Origin: Proteromonas lacertae
Taxonomy: Eukaryota
Length of the DNA: 46,387 nucleotides
Assembly (NCBI GenBank): GCA_002245135.1
Contig: NGBS01000624.1
Coordinates: forward strand, 1-46,387
Reading direction: 5' to 3'
The notes under the pieces were generated by a model. It was not told the origin of the DNA. It made no database searches and saw nothing but the letters and a program-made list of their open reading frames with translations. A program made the translations under genes and the position numbers. Within the stretch, counting starts at the first letter, position 1; each line of letters begins with the position of its first letter. Positions 12,330-24,559 of the stretch are shown one piece after another.

Positions 12330-15300
12330 ATGCAAGTAATTCCACAAAAGAGAAAATTAAAAACGGATATGAATGAAGTTAAGGTGAGACGTACTGAATT
12401 AAATGATAAGGAAGGAAAAGAAACATTTATTGAAAATGTAATATTGCAAGAGTTAGTAAATGGGGTTTATTATTACAAATTCCATATCAATAAGTTTAAT
12501 TACTGCATTTGTTTTGGTTATTACGATGATAATTCAAAAAGAACAGGTTATATCAAGTTATTAAGAGTTTTATCTGAAGTTATTATGCCAGACAATACAT
12601 CAATTTATATGCCAGGTATATTTGGAAAAGAAAATGAAGAATACGAACTAAAGTTTGATATGTATAAAATGAAATTGTCAATTAGACAAGGAAATGGAAT
12701 ATTTATGGTTTTGTTAGATAAATTACCAGAATCGGTTTGTCTATATGCTATAAAATATAATGATAGTGAATTTACAATAACTAGAAGTTGGATGGATGAA
12801 AAGATAATCATAAAGAGGTATAATTTTGATGTTAAAGATATTGATGATAGAAATATTGTTTATTTTAAAAAAACTGAAGATGATTTATATAGAACAGAAA
12901 ATAGAGATAAAGATTTTATAATTCAGTATGTTGTATGTAATGAGATGTTTAATGATCAATATTATATAATAAATGAAATAATGGAACAAGGAATTTTTCA
13001 TTTCTATTATGACATAATAAATATTAATGATAAAGGTATTATTTTTGGCTATGAAAACACTCCAATCATTAAAATAAGTAATTCACCAGAATTACGTGAT
13101 AATAATCAAACAATAGATGGAATATTGAATATTTATGGTAAAGTAGGAGAAATATATGAAATAATATATGATATGAATGAAAAGAAGATGTTTTTTAGAA
13201 AAGGAAATGGCAAAGAAACCCAGATAGAAACAGATTTAAATACTCCAATTCGCCCATATATTAATGCCATCAACAGTTCAGTAAAATTAATAGAATACTA
13301 TATAGAAAGAGAGAGAAATCAATTATATCATATCACTGATTTCTGTTATTATGATGTTCAGTTAAATGATGATATAGTTGTTTTAAATGGAGTTAGATTT
13401 AATGATGGAGTTGTATTAAATGGAGTGAAATTACCAAATAATGTATTTGGCATTTACAATTACAGAAAATATTGTGTGATGGAAAAGTTATCACTTATAA
13501 ATAGTTATGCAGTAATTGATGTTGATAGATCTGCAGCTGTCGAAAGAATAAAGGACGATATAAATTCATTATTTATTACAAATAAAAACCAAAAGAGCTA
13601 TTTAAATGAAAGTAATAATATAACAAATTTGATAATATTCTTAAACTGTTATGGTGATGAGAATATAATTCTAGATATTCCAGATAGTTTTGTGAATGTA
13701 GTGAATAATTTATATACTAATGAGATTAATAGATTGAATGAAAAAGGTGAAATTATTAAACAAAAGATGTATTTAGAATTTAGAAATTCAAAAGTATTTC
13801 AATTTCCTAAAAGCAGAATCTATATCAGGGATTGCTACTATGAAATGTTTCGTGATATTTGTAAGATCATATCATCTAATACAATACCCAATATTGTAAT
13901 AACAGGTCAGCCTGGTATTGGTAAAACATCGTTTATATATGTTTTATTATACTTTTTAAAGATTAATTTAGACTTTAATCTTGAAGCAGATGAAGATGAA
14001 AAGAAATATTTACATCTAGAAGAGTTAAATATTGAAGAAGAGAATATTAGAAGTTTGATTCTATTAATAAACGCCCAGAAGAATGAAAAAATACAATCAT
14101 TTAACAAAGAAATAGGAATGCTTCAGGAAGGTATAAAAGAATGTTTAGAAAAGATTGAAACATGTGAAGAACAATTTAATCTGTATTATGAAGATCTGAA
14201 GAGTATAATTGATGGTAAAGAAACTACTCAGAAATATTATGAAGTAAAAAGTAAAACATATGAGTATAATGTAGATGGTGAAAAGAAAATAATACAACAA
14301 TCACATGTGCAAAAAATAGGTGAAATAATTGATGATACTATAAAGAACATCTAACAAATCATAGACTTAGGAAAAGAAATAAATAAGAAGAAGTTGGGTG
14401 ATTATATAGAAATGTTGAAACATATTAGTGAGAGTTTAAATAATGATGAAAAGATTTTGAATGATTATGCATGTAGATTTAATAATGATCAGGATAATTT
14501 AAAAAATAAAAAGGAAGAATTTAGAAGTGATATGGTGGAATTATTAGATAGAATAATAAGCAGTTGTGTAATATCATCAAATATAATTACAATCATTAAA
14601 GAGATTCTTCAACTGAATGATTCAATACGTATAAATGATAATAGAATAAATAAATATGAAGAGGAAAAAAAAGAAACGAATGTAATTAGAGAAACATTAT
14701 TAGAAATAGTGAATTGTTCATTACAATCAAAAACAGAAGAAATAAATAAAGTTGAAAATGAGGCAAAAGAGGATGATTCATTGATATTAAATATGAATAA
14801 AATAAATAAAATACAAAATAATAGAAAATATGGATTTAATTATTATCTGTTAGATGATATATGGAAAAGAAACAGTAAAATGTTTAAAGATATTTATGTA
14901 GTAAAGGGAAAGAGATTTGGATCAATCATTGATAAGAAAATATATTTATTGAAAGATGGATATCTCTGTAGGGTTGATATAGAAGGAAGTGATATTAATA
15001 ATTCGATAATAATAGTTGACACATTTAATGCGGATTTTGGTGTTAATAACATAGTAATATCAATTAGTTCGCCTGATAGTCATAACAATGATAAATATAC
15101 AAATACATACAATAGAATGTTATATTTTGATTCATTAACATTTGCTGAAATTAAAGAGTGGTTCGAAAACTGCATAAATATTGCTTATAGGGATATTGAA
15201 GAATTTGAAGAGATATGTAAAAATTATGGTAATATACCTAGACAAATATATTATCACTATTTATATAATAAAAACTATGGTAAAGATTATTGGGAATATT

Positions 15301-17705
15301 ATCAACAGTTGATAGAAAGTGTGGTAGGAACAACAGGATATAATGATTTTGTAGAACAGTATTTGCATAAAGATAAAATAATATCAGATGGTTTATCCAA
15401 TATTATATTAAAATATGATTTAAATAGATTATGGGATAATTATTTAAATCATTTTGTATTAGAACCGAAAGACAGATTAAAATTCGTTTCAGAAGAAGTA
15501 GAAAAATATATCATTTATAAATTCAAACCACCTGAAAATGATGATGATTATGGTAAAGTTAATGAGAGTTATAAGTCAATGGGTGATGATGATAATAATA
15601 TGAAAAGAATGGCATTAAAACAAGTTATTGCATATGAATTAAGTACTGGTAAGATTCAGGTGAATAATATAATTAAAGATGATAATTTCGATTTAGATCC
15701 AGAAAAACAAGTGTATTTTCATCGTCCTCCAAATGCATTGAATTTTGTTTATTATATATTGGATGAAAATAATTTCTTTGATTTGATAATGAATGGAGTT
15801 TTTATAAAAGTGTTATTAGATGATGATAATAAATTTGATAAGAAAAAAATAACAGATAAAATTAGAACAAAAATGGAAGATTCAATAAGAGTATAAATAT
15901 ATTTCATGTATTTTTATCATATAGGAATATAGTGTTAAGAAAGAAGGAGATTTTATGTATTGTGTAATACAAAACAGAGTAGTAGATGTTTATGATAAAA
16001 AATTCCATTTAAATGCTGTATCAAGTGATGAACAACAACCAGAAGAAGCAGAATTTCCACCAATAGAAGAAAAATTTGAAGTATATAATGATGGTAATGA
16101 ATTCCTATTAATGAGAAAATGTTTCAATCAAATGTGGGATATTATTAAAGAAGATAATTTTGTTTTTGTACACCAAAGAAATTTTTTAATATTTGGTTAT
16201 TCTAAAATTGGTAAAACAGTATTAGCCAAAATAATTAGAGATAAAATTCATAAAGAAAAACCAGGAATTCGTATATATTTTAGACACAAAGATGGTCAAT
16301 CATTTGATGATAAATATGACTATTTTTGTTGTAGAAAAGCTAATCCATATATTGTTATTGTTGATGGATTTGTTGTTGGTGAAGATGATTATTCTGATGC
16401 TGAAATGATTATTGTGTTAGCTAATGCATATGATAATCAGTATAAAACATTTCAAAGTAAAAGATGTCCTTTGATAATGTATATACCTCCATTTACACTA
16501 GCAGAAGTTAATAAAGTAGTATTATTGAAAAATCCAGAACTTAGAAAAGAAAATGAGGGATTTATAGAATATAGTGTAATAAAAAAGATAATACCTTCTA
16601 AAATAGAACAAGAAACATATAAAAATAAACAGAAATTATATCTCAACAATTATAAATATTATGGAGGTATAATAGGAAATTATACATATGATCAACATAG
16701 AATTAATCAAATAAGAATAGATAAAACAATTATTGAAAATATGATGAAAGGTATAAATACATCATCACTTTCAAAGAATGATTATAAAGACATATTTATA
16801 TATGAAACAGATGATAATGATGTAACTAAATCTGGTAATCTTCGATTTATAACTCCAACAATTAGAGATATAAAAGGTAAAGGCGTATTGACTATTAAAG
16901 ATAATGTAGATTGTAAATACAAGATTGATATTTTAATCAAAAATCAATTTTAAATAGATTGAAAAAGGTGGTTTAGCTGGATGCTTATATGAGATAATTA
17001 TTTTGTATAAGATGAAGAATTATCCTAGATTTATAGAAGATGTTGTTAGAAAAATGTATGAATTAATTGAAAATAGAATACAAAGTAATAGAAATTTAAG
17101 TTATTTAAGAGATTTAAGAGATTTATTAAAAAGAAAATTAATAGTAAGTAAAGAATTTAGTGATGTAAAAAATGAAAATGAATTAAAAAACATGCAAAGT
17201 TAAACGAATTATATATAAGTGGTAATACGATAAGTGATATAAATCCATTAATTGATAGTATAAACAAATATAAATGTTTAGAATACTTATGTATGTGTGG
17301 AGAAGATATAAAATATGAAGATATAACTAAATTATTAGATAATATATCGAAGTTAGATAAGTTTAAAAGAATGAAATTTGATAGTATGTACATAATTTAT
17401 AATTATTATATGTAGAAATAAAATTAAGTAAATGCGAACTTATTGACTTAGAAAAGAAAGTAGAAGAATTGAAGAAAGATGAAAAAGAGATTATAATAGG
17501 AGAAGTAATAGATAATATAGAAGATGAAGATAAATTAAAATATAATATAGAATATATACAATCATATCGAAGTGGATTTATGTATGGATTTTGTGGTTTA
17601 AGTTATGAAGATAATTACTATATGTATGATACTAAAGAAAGTATAAATGGATTTTATGATGGCTATGATGATGGTCAAGAATATAAAGAAGAAAGTTTAA
17701 ACTAA
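12330..17705 (+). CDS. SPRY-like x2 + CR-NTPase (coiled-coil insert) + second CR-NTPase + short LRR region; one in-frame TAA (14352) and one frameshift (~17190), so possibly a pseudogene
   Basis: NTPase 1: IYIRDCY, GQPGIGKT (13905), IIIVD, ISSP, YGNIPR. NTPase 2: LMRKCF, GYSKIGKT, IVIVDG, YIPPF, YGGI. LRR-like LNELYISGNTISD at ~17200. Introns at 15891-15924, ~16906-16957 (donor uncertain) and 17384-17415. Confidence 0.75.
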
Positions 17706-17799
17706 TTACTATTATTATATTAATGTCTACATATGTTTTTTTGTTTTATTAATTATTTTAAAGTTGAGTTAGACAAAGGACTTCCTTTAATGTTTTGTC

Positions 17800-18060
17800 A
17801 CAAAGTACCTAATGAACAATAAGCACCTTCTATACATAATAAACTATCTTTCTTCTACAATTATTAATCCATTCTTACATAAGGTGAAGATCAACCATGA
17901 TATGGACATATCTTACAAAAATCACATTCTGTACAAAATCTATTAGAAATACCATGAGTATCAAGTCGAAAAGTACTAGTGGATATGCAGTTGGTAATAC
18001 TGAACCACTTGGACAATAATAACCTGAACTACATTCACCTGATGGTTGACCTGCAGTAAC
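17800..18060 (-). pseudogene. Cysteine-rich repeat surface-protein fragment (CxxGYYCPxGS type)
   Basis: Minus strand reads GQPSGECSSGYYCPSGSVLPTAYP and CTECDFCKICP, with multiple disruptions. Confidence 0.55.
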
Positions 18061-18399
18061 TATTAGCTAATATAACGAATAATCCTCTAGCTTTACTATT
18101 AAATTTTAGAGGAGTTAGAGGAATATAGCTCATAAAAAGATGTTTAAGGACGAAGTAGTATCCTATATTTTATAGTAATTTATATGCTACAAATAGCAAC
18201 AAGGAATAAAGTAGATTTTAATACATTTAGCTTGATATGTTTGACCAACAGAAGGTCAAGACCAAACCGATTGTAATTGTATTTAATTATTTTCACTCAT
18301 ATTTTATCCCATCATATATCTATCAAACTTTAATAATGATTTAATATTGCCACTCTTGTAGCAAATATTACCCAACGAGATATACTCCAGTTTGGAATA

Positions 18400-19830
18400 A
18401 ATACTTTCTTCTATATTCAGCTATTGCATTTTGAGCAATTGAGCCTTAATCTTGACCTAATGAAATACTAAATAGTTTCTTAGATACATTTTATCAGCTA
18501 ATTTCAATAATTCATTCATTGGAGCAGCATCTGGAGATAATACGAAGATTAATGCAGCACAACAGTTAGAATCATTATAGCAAGCCATTAAATCACTACT
18601 TGGAATTTCAATGAATTTTCTACCATTAATTCATCAATTTCTGTGATTGGATCACTACTGAAATAAATAGCTTCCCCTTTTTCTAATTCCTTCTAAAATC
18701 GAACTATAAACTTCTCCATTCCTTGAATCTTTGATAAACCAATTATTTCATTCCAACTTTTATCACTTAACCATTTTGGTCCTTTTGTTACTGGATTGGA
18801 TTCTTTTAATGTCAAAGCAGTATTACCTGTTAATAAATATTTAAAGGCAGCTGGATCTAATTCAATATTGATTAACAATATCTTTGTACATAATAAGAAC
18901 GAGAATAATAACTTATCTTTTTCAAATAAAGATCGACATACATTCTCATCTAATATATAACTGAATGTATTATTCAAACTATTCAATCGATCTCTGATTT
19001 TATTAGTTCTTACAGCTTTATCAATTGATAATAAGAATAGATTAATATACCAATCCAATGAATATTGGTTTAATACCAGTTAAATCAGAAATACAGAAGA
19101 ATAAAGCTGATGCTCTTTCTGCGACTGGAATATAACTTGTTCGAACATGGGATATTTGTTGTTGTGTTGCTTTGGCACTCTTTACAGCTACCATAATCTC
19201 ATTGGAGGTTTGTTTGGATTTTCATATGATCTTCTAATATATCACCTTCAGATGAAGCTAATATTCGTCATCTTTCATTACCAATTCTACTCTTCTTTCT
19301 TCTAATTCTCTTTGTTCTTTTCCTACTAATATACCTAATAATTGATCTTGTAAACCTTCTTGAGTTGTCATAAAGTTCAATAAATTCACTTTTACACAAG
19401 TTTCAGGTGGATAATGTGGATTTTTAATCATATCATTATATATAATCGAAATTTTTCATCATAATTTACTGTATTATCATCTAACAATTAGCTTGTCCTT
19501 GAGGATCTATCATAAATGGCCATCTATCTGGATTTCTTAATATTATGCCATTCTCTTATGGCTATTACATCTCCTAATATAATAACTAATGAATAACTTG
19601 TAAACTAGCTCAATAATCAGTCCATCGACTAGTTTTTCTAAATCTTCTTTCTTTTTTATTATGTTTTCTAATTCTTCTTATAAGGGACTTGATCAACTAA
19701 TTCTTTCAATTCTACTTGTTTAATGGCTAATTGACCTTCAGTTTTTGTATTTGTAGTTTGAGCTTTTTCTAAGGGTTCTATCTTTGGTACTATTACTTCC
19801 TTAATATCATAATATCTCTTGTTATTATTA
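18400..19830 (-). pseudogene. Axonemal dynein heavy chain remnant (stalk to AAA6) with stops and large internal deletions
   Basis: RWPFMIDPQGQAN, NPHYPPETCVKVNLLNFMTTQEGLQDQLL, NVCRSLFEKDKLLFSFLL, WLSDKSW, CYNDSNCCAALIFVLSP and SISLGQ. The closest pattern is inner-arm DNAH3/7-like. Confidence 0.9.
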
Positions 19831-20125
19831 TAAATAGTTATTTAAACAAATCATCTGATTATGAAACTATTTACAATATCATAAATCCAATAATATAACA
19901 CATTAATTGACTAATTATTTCTTTAAAATTCTTTATATTTATAATACATAAACAAAATGAATGTTTGAAAAGAGATTTGATTGAATGGCTTGATTTGATT
20001 AATGAAACGGACAAAAACATTTAGTTATAAACCATTTTTGTTTATATCTCATCAGTAATCACTTTTACGACCATTATTATAGTATATATTTATTAATTGA
20101 TTAAATAGGTGACGGTTTAATCTAT

Positions 20126-21853
20126 ATGGGTTTACTAGGTAGTAAAGAAAGTATGTTATATGAAAAGGTTAGTAAAGAGAAAGGAAGAATGAAGTGTATA
20201 GATAATCCAACAAGCTTCATATATCAACAAGAAATTTCTAACAATGTTTATGTTGTTGAGTATAGAATTACAAAGATAAAAGAAGAAATGTTCTTAGGAT
20301 ATTCAGAAGGATGTGATGAGAAGAAAAATAGAGTGGCTGTATTAACCAATAATTGTGTTAAATATGGTGAAAAAAAATATAAATGTGAAGGTCTATTATG
20401 TGATGGAGAAGTATATGAAGTAAAATACAATATGTATGAAAAGAAAATATCAATAAAAAAGAAAAGAAGTGAAAATATAGCAAGTATATATGTGAATGAT
20501 ATGCCAAATACTATATATCCATTATTTTCATTGCTTGATAAAAATGATGAGATTAAAATCGAGAAATGCTATAAAAAAGATGCTGTAAAGAGAGTAAGAC
20601 CACCAAGTGATGTTGGTGGAATAACAAAAAGACAAAAAACTGAAGATATATCTGAGAATGGTGTTTATGCTGAATTGTATGAGAAGAATGATGAGAGTAG
20701 TTTTGATCAACCACCAAGTGTAAGTTCAAAACCAGTTCCACCACTTCTTTCTTCTGCTAAGAATCATCCTCAAGTTGAAGATAGAAGCAGCTGCAAAGAA
20801 GGAAATTATGAAGATATAATTAGTATGATATACAAAAGGGCAAATAGTTTACAGTTAAGTGAGGATGAATTACTGGATATTATAAGTCGTTTACGTCTAG
20901 ATAGTGATAAAGGTGGTGATAGAAGTGATGCATTATTCTCAAACAATACAAATATTCCAATTTCTTTTCCATTAGCAGGTATTGCTATAAATGAAGAAGA
21001 TGCTTTCATCAGAATAGTAAATTCTTTAAAATTAAATGTAGATAATGGTATAGAGTTGTTAGAGTTTGATGAATCTGTAAATGTATTTCAATTCCCCAAA
21101 AAGAGAATTCTTATTAGAGAATGTTATAAACAAATGTTTAGACATATTTGTTTATTATTATCAAAAAATCCTCGACAAAATATAACAATAGAAGGACAAC
21201 CAGGTATAGGAAAGACTTCCTTCATTTATGCATTATTATACTTTTTAAAGACAAATTTATGTAAAGAATATACTGAAGAGCAGAAGAATTACTTAAAGAT
21301 TCAAGGATATACACATGAAATGGCTGTCATGGATGAAATAATAAGAAAATATGATAAAGAAAATGAACCAAAAATAAGAAAATTGAATGAAGAAATTGAA
21401 AATTTAACAAAAGAAAACAATAAAAAGAATATAAATGAAAATGATATTACAGAAGTAAACAATATTTGTAAAGATTTGAAAAGTATAACAGAAGATATAT
21501 TTGGATATGATAAATTCATTAATGAGAATAGAATTAGATGTGATAGCATTATGAATAGTTTTAATAACGATAACAATAGAGTTATAAAACATTGTAATGG
21601 TAAGATTATACAAAAATTGAACGAAATTATAGAATTATTATTACCATCAGGAAGACTTAGTAAATTCCTTTCTTCAAAAGATGTTACCATCGATGTAAAA
21701 AAAATAGATGAATATTGTTGTTACATTATGAATGAAGATGATAGACTTAATACATTAAATAAAAATCAATACAAGGATATGACATTGGTTGGATATGCAT
21801 TGATAAGTATAATATTAGATAAATTAAATGAGATTAATAAAATATTATTATAA
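20126..21853 (+). CDS. Truncated paralogue of the 12330 gene: MGxxxS N-terminus + SPRY-like domain + N-half of CR-NTPase
   Basis: VFQFPKKRILIRECY..GQPGIGKTSFIYALLYFLK is nearly identical to the 12330 gene. The ORF ends within the coiled-coil insert, before Walker B. Confidence 0.75.
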   Translation: MGLLGSKESMLYEKVSKEKGRMKCIDNPTSFIYQQEISNNVYVVEYRITKIKEEMFLGYSEGCDEKKNRVAVLTNNCVKYGEKKYKCEGLLCDGEVYEVKYNMYEKKISIKKKRSENIASIYVNDMPNTIYPLFSLLDKNDEIKIEKCYKKDAVKRVRPPSDVGGITKRQKTEDISENGVYAELYEKNDESSFDQPPSVSSKPVPPLLSSAKNHPQVEDRSSCKEGNYEDIISMIYKRANSLQLSEDELLDIISRLRLDSDKGGDRSDALFSNNTNIPISFPLAGIAINEEDAFIRIVNSLKLNVDNGIELLEFDESVNVFQFPKKRILIRECYKQMFRHICLLLSKNPRQNITIEGQPGIGKTSFIYALLYFLKTNLCKEYTEEQKNYLKIQGYTHEMAVMDEIIRKYDKENEPKIRKLNEEIENLTKENNKKNINENDITEVNNICKDLKSITEDIFGYDKFINENRIRCDSIMNSFNNDNNRVIKHCNGKIIQKLNEIIELLLPSGRLSKFLSSKDVTIDVKKIDEYCCYIMNEDDRLNTLNKNQYKDMTLVGYALISIILDKLNEINKILL

Positions 21854-23215
21854 ATTTGGTTATGATATTGCAAGTAAAGATTTTCAAAATTATAATAAAG
21901 ATCATGTTTATGGCTTAGCAATGATTTTAGCTGAACAAGGGTTATTAAATGTATATCTATATTATTATTTATTTTATAATATATATAGGAATCATCAAAT
22001 CTATTTCAAATAATAAAAGAATCCATTCGAGAAGTTCCATCTTCTTATTTCAATCAAGCAATAATCATGAGAGCTCAAGGTAAAACTCAAGATTCAATCG
22101 AAGCAATGAAAAGTTATATAAAACGGTTTAATAATCCAACGAATTATGAACCATATTTATACTTAGCTCGTGCTTTATATGATAATAAGCAGTTTAAAGA
22201 GTTAATAACAATTTATACGAAATGTATTCAAATGGATCCTACTGTATATATATGTCTAATATATTGTTATATTCATTCAATAGAATATAAAATTATGGTA
22301 TATTTTAGCCATTGCTCATACTCAATATGCTGCTTTTATTATCACAGTTGAGAAAGTTCATATGTTAGAGTTTGATGAAGTGAAAGGTGTATATCCCTGT
22401 TGTGGTAGAGAGAAAGGTGAAGAAGGATGTACAACAAGTAGACAACGTACAGTTCAAGAAGTAGCTTCTGCAGTACACTCAATGATAACAGCCAGAGATT
22501 TATTCCAATGGTTATATGATGAATATGATACATTTCCAAATCCACCTTATCAGAAGAAAACAGCTGAAGCTTATTTCAACAGTTGTTCTCAAAATATTGA
22601 ACCAGCAAAAGCACATCTTGATTATGAAATAAAACAGAATGAACAATTATTTAGAGAATAACAGATTTATTTGACATTAGAGAAAGAAAGATAAGCTCAA
22701 AGAATCGAAAAAGAAGAAGAAGAAAAGAGATAAAAAGAAGAAAGAAGAAAAGAAGAACACAAAAAAGTGATGATAATAATGAAAGAAAAAGTCGAAAAAG
22801 AAATAAGAAGTATAATTATATTATATTATTTATTTCAATTAGAGAATCAGTGAATAAAGATTATGACGAGATATTTGGAGATGAAGATGAGATAATAACA
22901 ACCTCCAAAAAACAAAAGAGAAGAAAAGAGAAGAAAGGAAATGAATCATCTGAAGAAGAGAATGAATTATTAACAAGTGATGAAGAAGAAGATGATGATG
23001 ATAAATTAATAACGACAGTTCAGAAAAGAAGATTAGTAAAATCGAATACAACTACATCTGCTGCTTCTAATGAAGCAGTAAAGTCAGTTCTAGTATTCTC
23101 TGATGATGAAAATGATGAGAAGTTAATTCCAGTTCATAAACCTGAAGTTAATAATGAAAATAATAATGTGAATAAGAAGGTGGAAGATAAAAGTAATGTA
23201 GATAAGAAGATTTAG
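21850..23215 (+). pseudogene. CTR9-like (Paf1 complex TPR protein) 3' fragment
   Basis: GLAMILAEQG, PYLYLARALY, RTVQEVASAV..ARDLFQWL and an acidic/basic tail. Introns at 21951-21988, 22244-22283 and ~22810-22842. In-frame TAA at 22659; no 5' half. Confidence 0.7.
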
Positions 23216-24178
23216 AATTATCTGATTAATAATATGATAAAAATTAGAGTATGATATTCTCTATAATGCTTTTAATATGTTTATAAAATTGAACATTAAT
23301 CATTATATAAACAAATTATAATAATAAATAAAACTATTCTCTCACTATTCTCTATTATAAATATAAAATATTCCAATTCTTAAACCAAATTCCATATAGT
23401 TACACCTCTACAATTAATCTTTCAACTAAGTATTTCACTTAAATACAAAATAATCACACTTCATTTCACATAAAAATATCATTACAATAATTCATCAAAT
23501 AATAATTATTATTTTACAATACATACAAATCTAGAGATAATATCATCCTCAAATAATCTACTACATCTTCTTAGATATTAAGATATTTGAAACTTTCAAA
23601 TCAAGACTATTGTTAATCACTTTTTCTATATTCACTTATCTTACATCATCATATAAATAATCGGAATAATAAGATTCAAATTAATCAAATATCACATCTT
23701 TATTTCTTTAAACTCATTTTATCTTACACAAATTCACAATTTATACAAATCATCACAATTATGCTCAATCACATCATTTTTAAATTTAAACTATTTTCTA
23801 CATCTTTATAACATCATCAGGTTGTTCCACTCTGAAAAGGATTTGAAATCTGTCTCTTTCCTCATTTATTTTGTCCATATTAATAAAATTAACACCATAC
23901 TTAAGTAATATATGTTAATATTCACCATTAAACATCATTTACACATTAATTTCACAAAAATATTTTTTATATTTATAAATATTTAGCCGTTTCTTTCATC
24001 ATTTTTCATTTTTTCTATTTAAATCATCATTAAGCATAGATAATAATATAATAACATGAATAGATTGATATATAGTATATTTTCTTTTAATATAACATTA
24101 TTAGAATGATATTAATTGTTTATAAGAAAATATAAAAGAGAGTGTGATATATAAGAAAAAAGAGTGAAAAAATAATCA

Positions 24179-24297
24179 GAATCGTTCATATCTACAATAA
24201 AGCACCACATCCCATCAGAACTGCGAAGTTAAGATTGTACGAGCTATGATAGTAGTACAGTGGGGGACTCTGTGCGAAGTCATAGTAACGATTCTTT
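24179..24297 (+). rRNA. 5S rRNA
   Basis: About 118 nt. 5' GAATCGTT pairs with 3' AACGATTC. Contains CCCATCAGAACTGCGAAGTTAAG (box A), GTAGTACAGTGGGGGAC (box C-like) and a T-run terminator. Confidence 0.92.
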
Positions 24298-24559
24298 TTA
24301 TTCTTTTTCTTTATTTCTTTTTTCTTTCTTTTTATTATTATGTGGAGCAGGTATAGAAACAATAAAATAACACAAACAAATAGAATCAAACTCAATCGAA
24401 AATTAATTTGTGTAGATTTATTAAAGAAAAGATTAGAATCAATTCATAGAAAGATTTATCTTAATTTTACTCTCATGATTAATATTAAACCTAATTCAAC
24501 ACACATAATTTCTCTAAATGGCAAATTTATAGCCAGATAGTCCAATAATCAAACAACTT

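Noticed and set aside
14352..14354. Possible TAA reassignment (in-frame TAA also at ~11769, 22659 and 35904)
   Set aside because: Many intact genes here terminate at TAA right after their conserved C-termini, and long ORFs lack internal TAA. Nonsense mutations or errors are more likely.
24192..24395. 67-aa minus-strand ORF with a hydrophobic N-terminus
   Set aside because: It overlaps the 5S rRNA gene antisense and its T-rich terminator.
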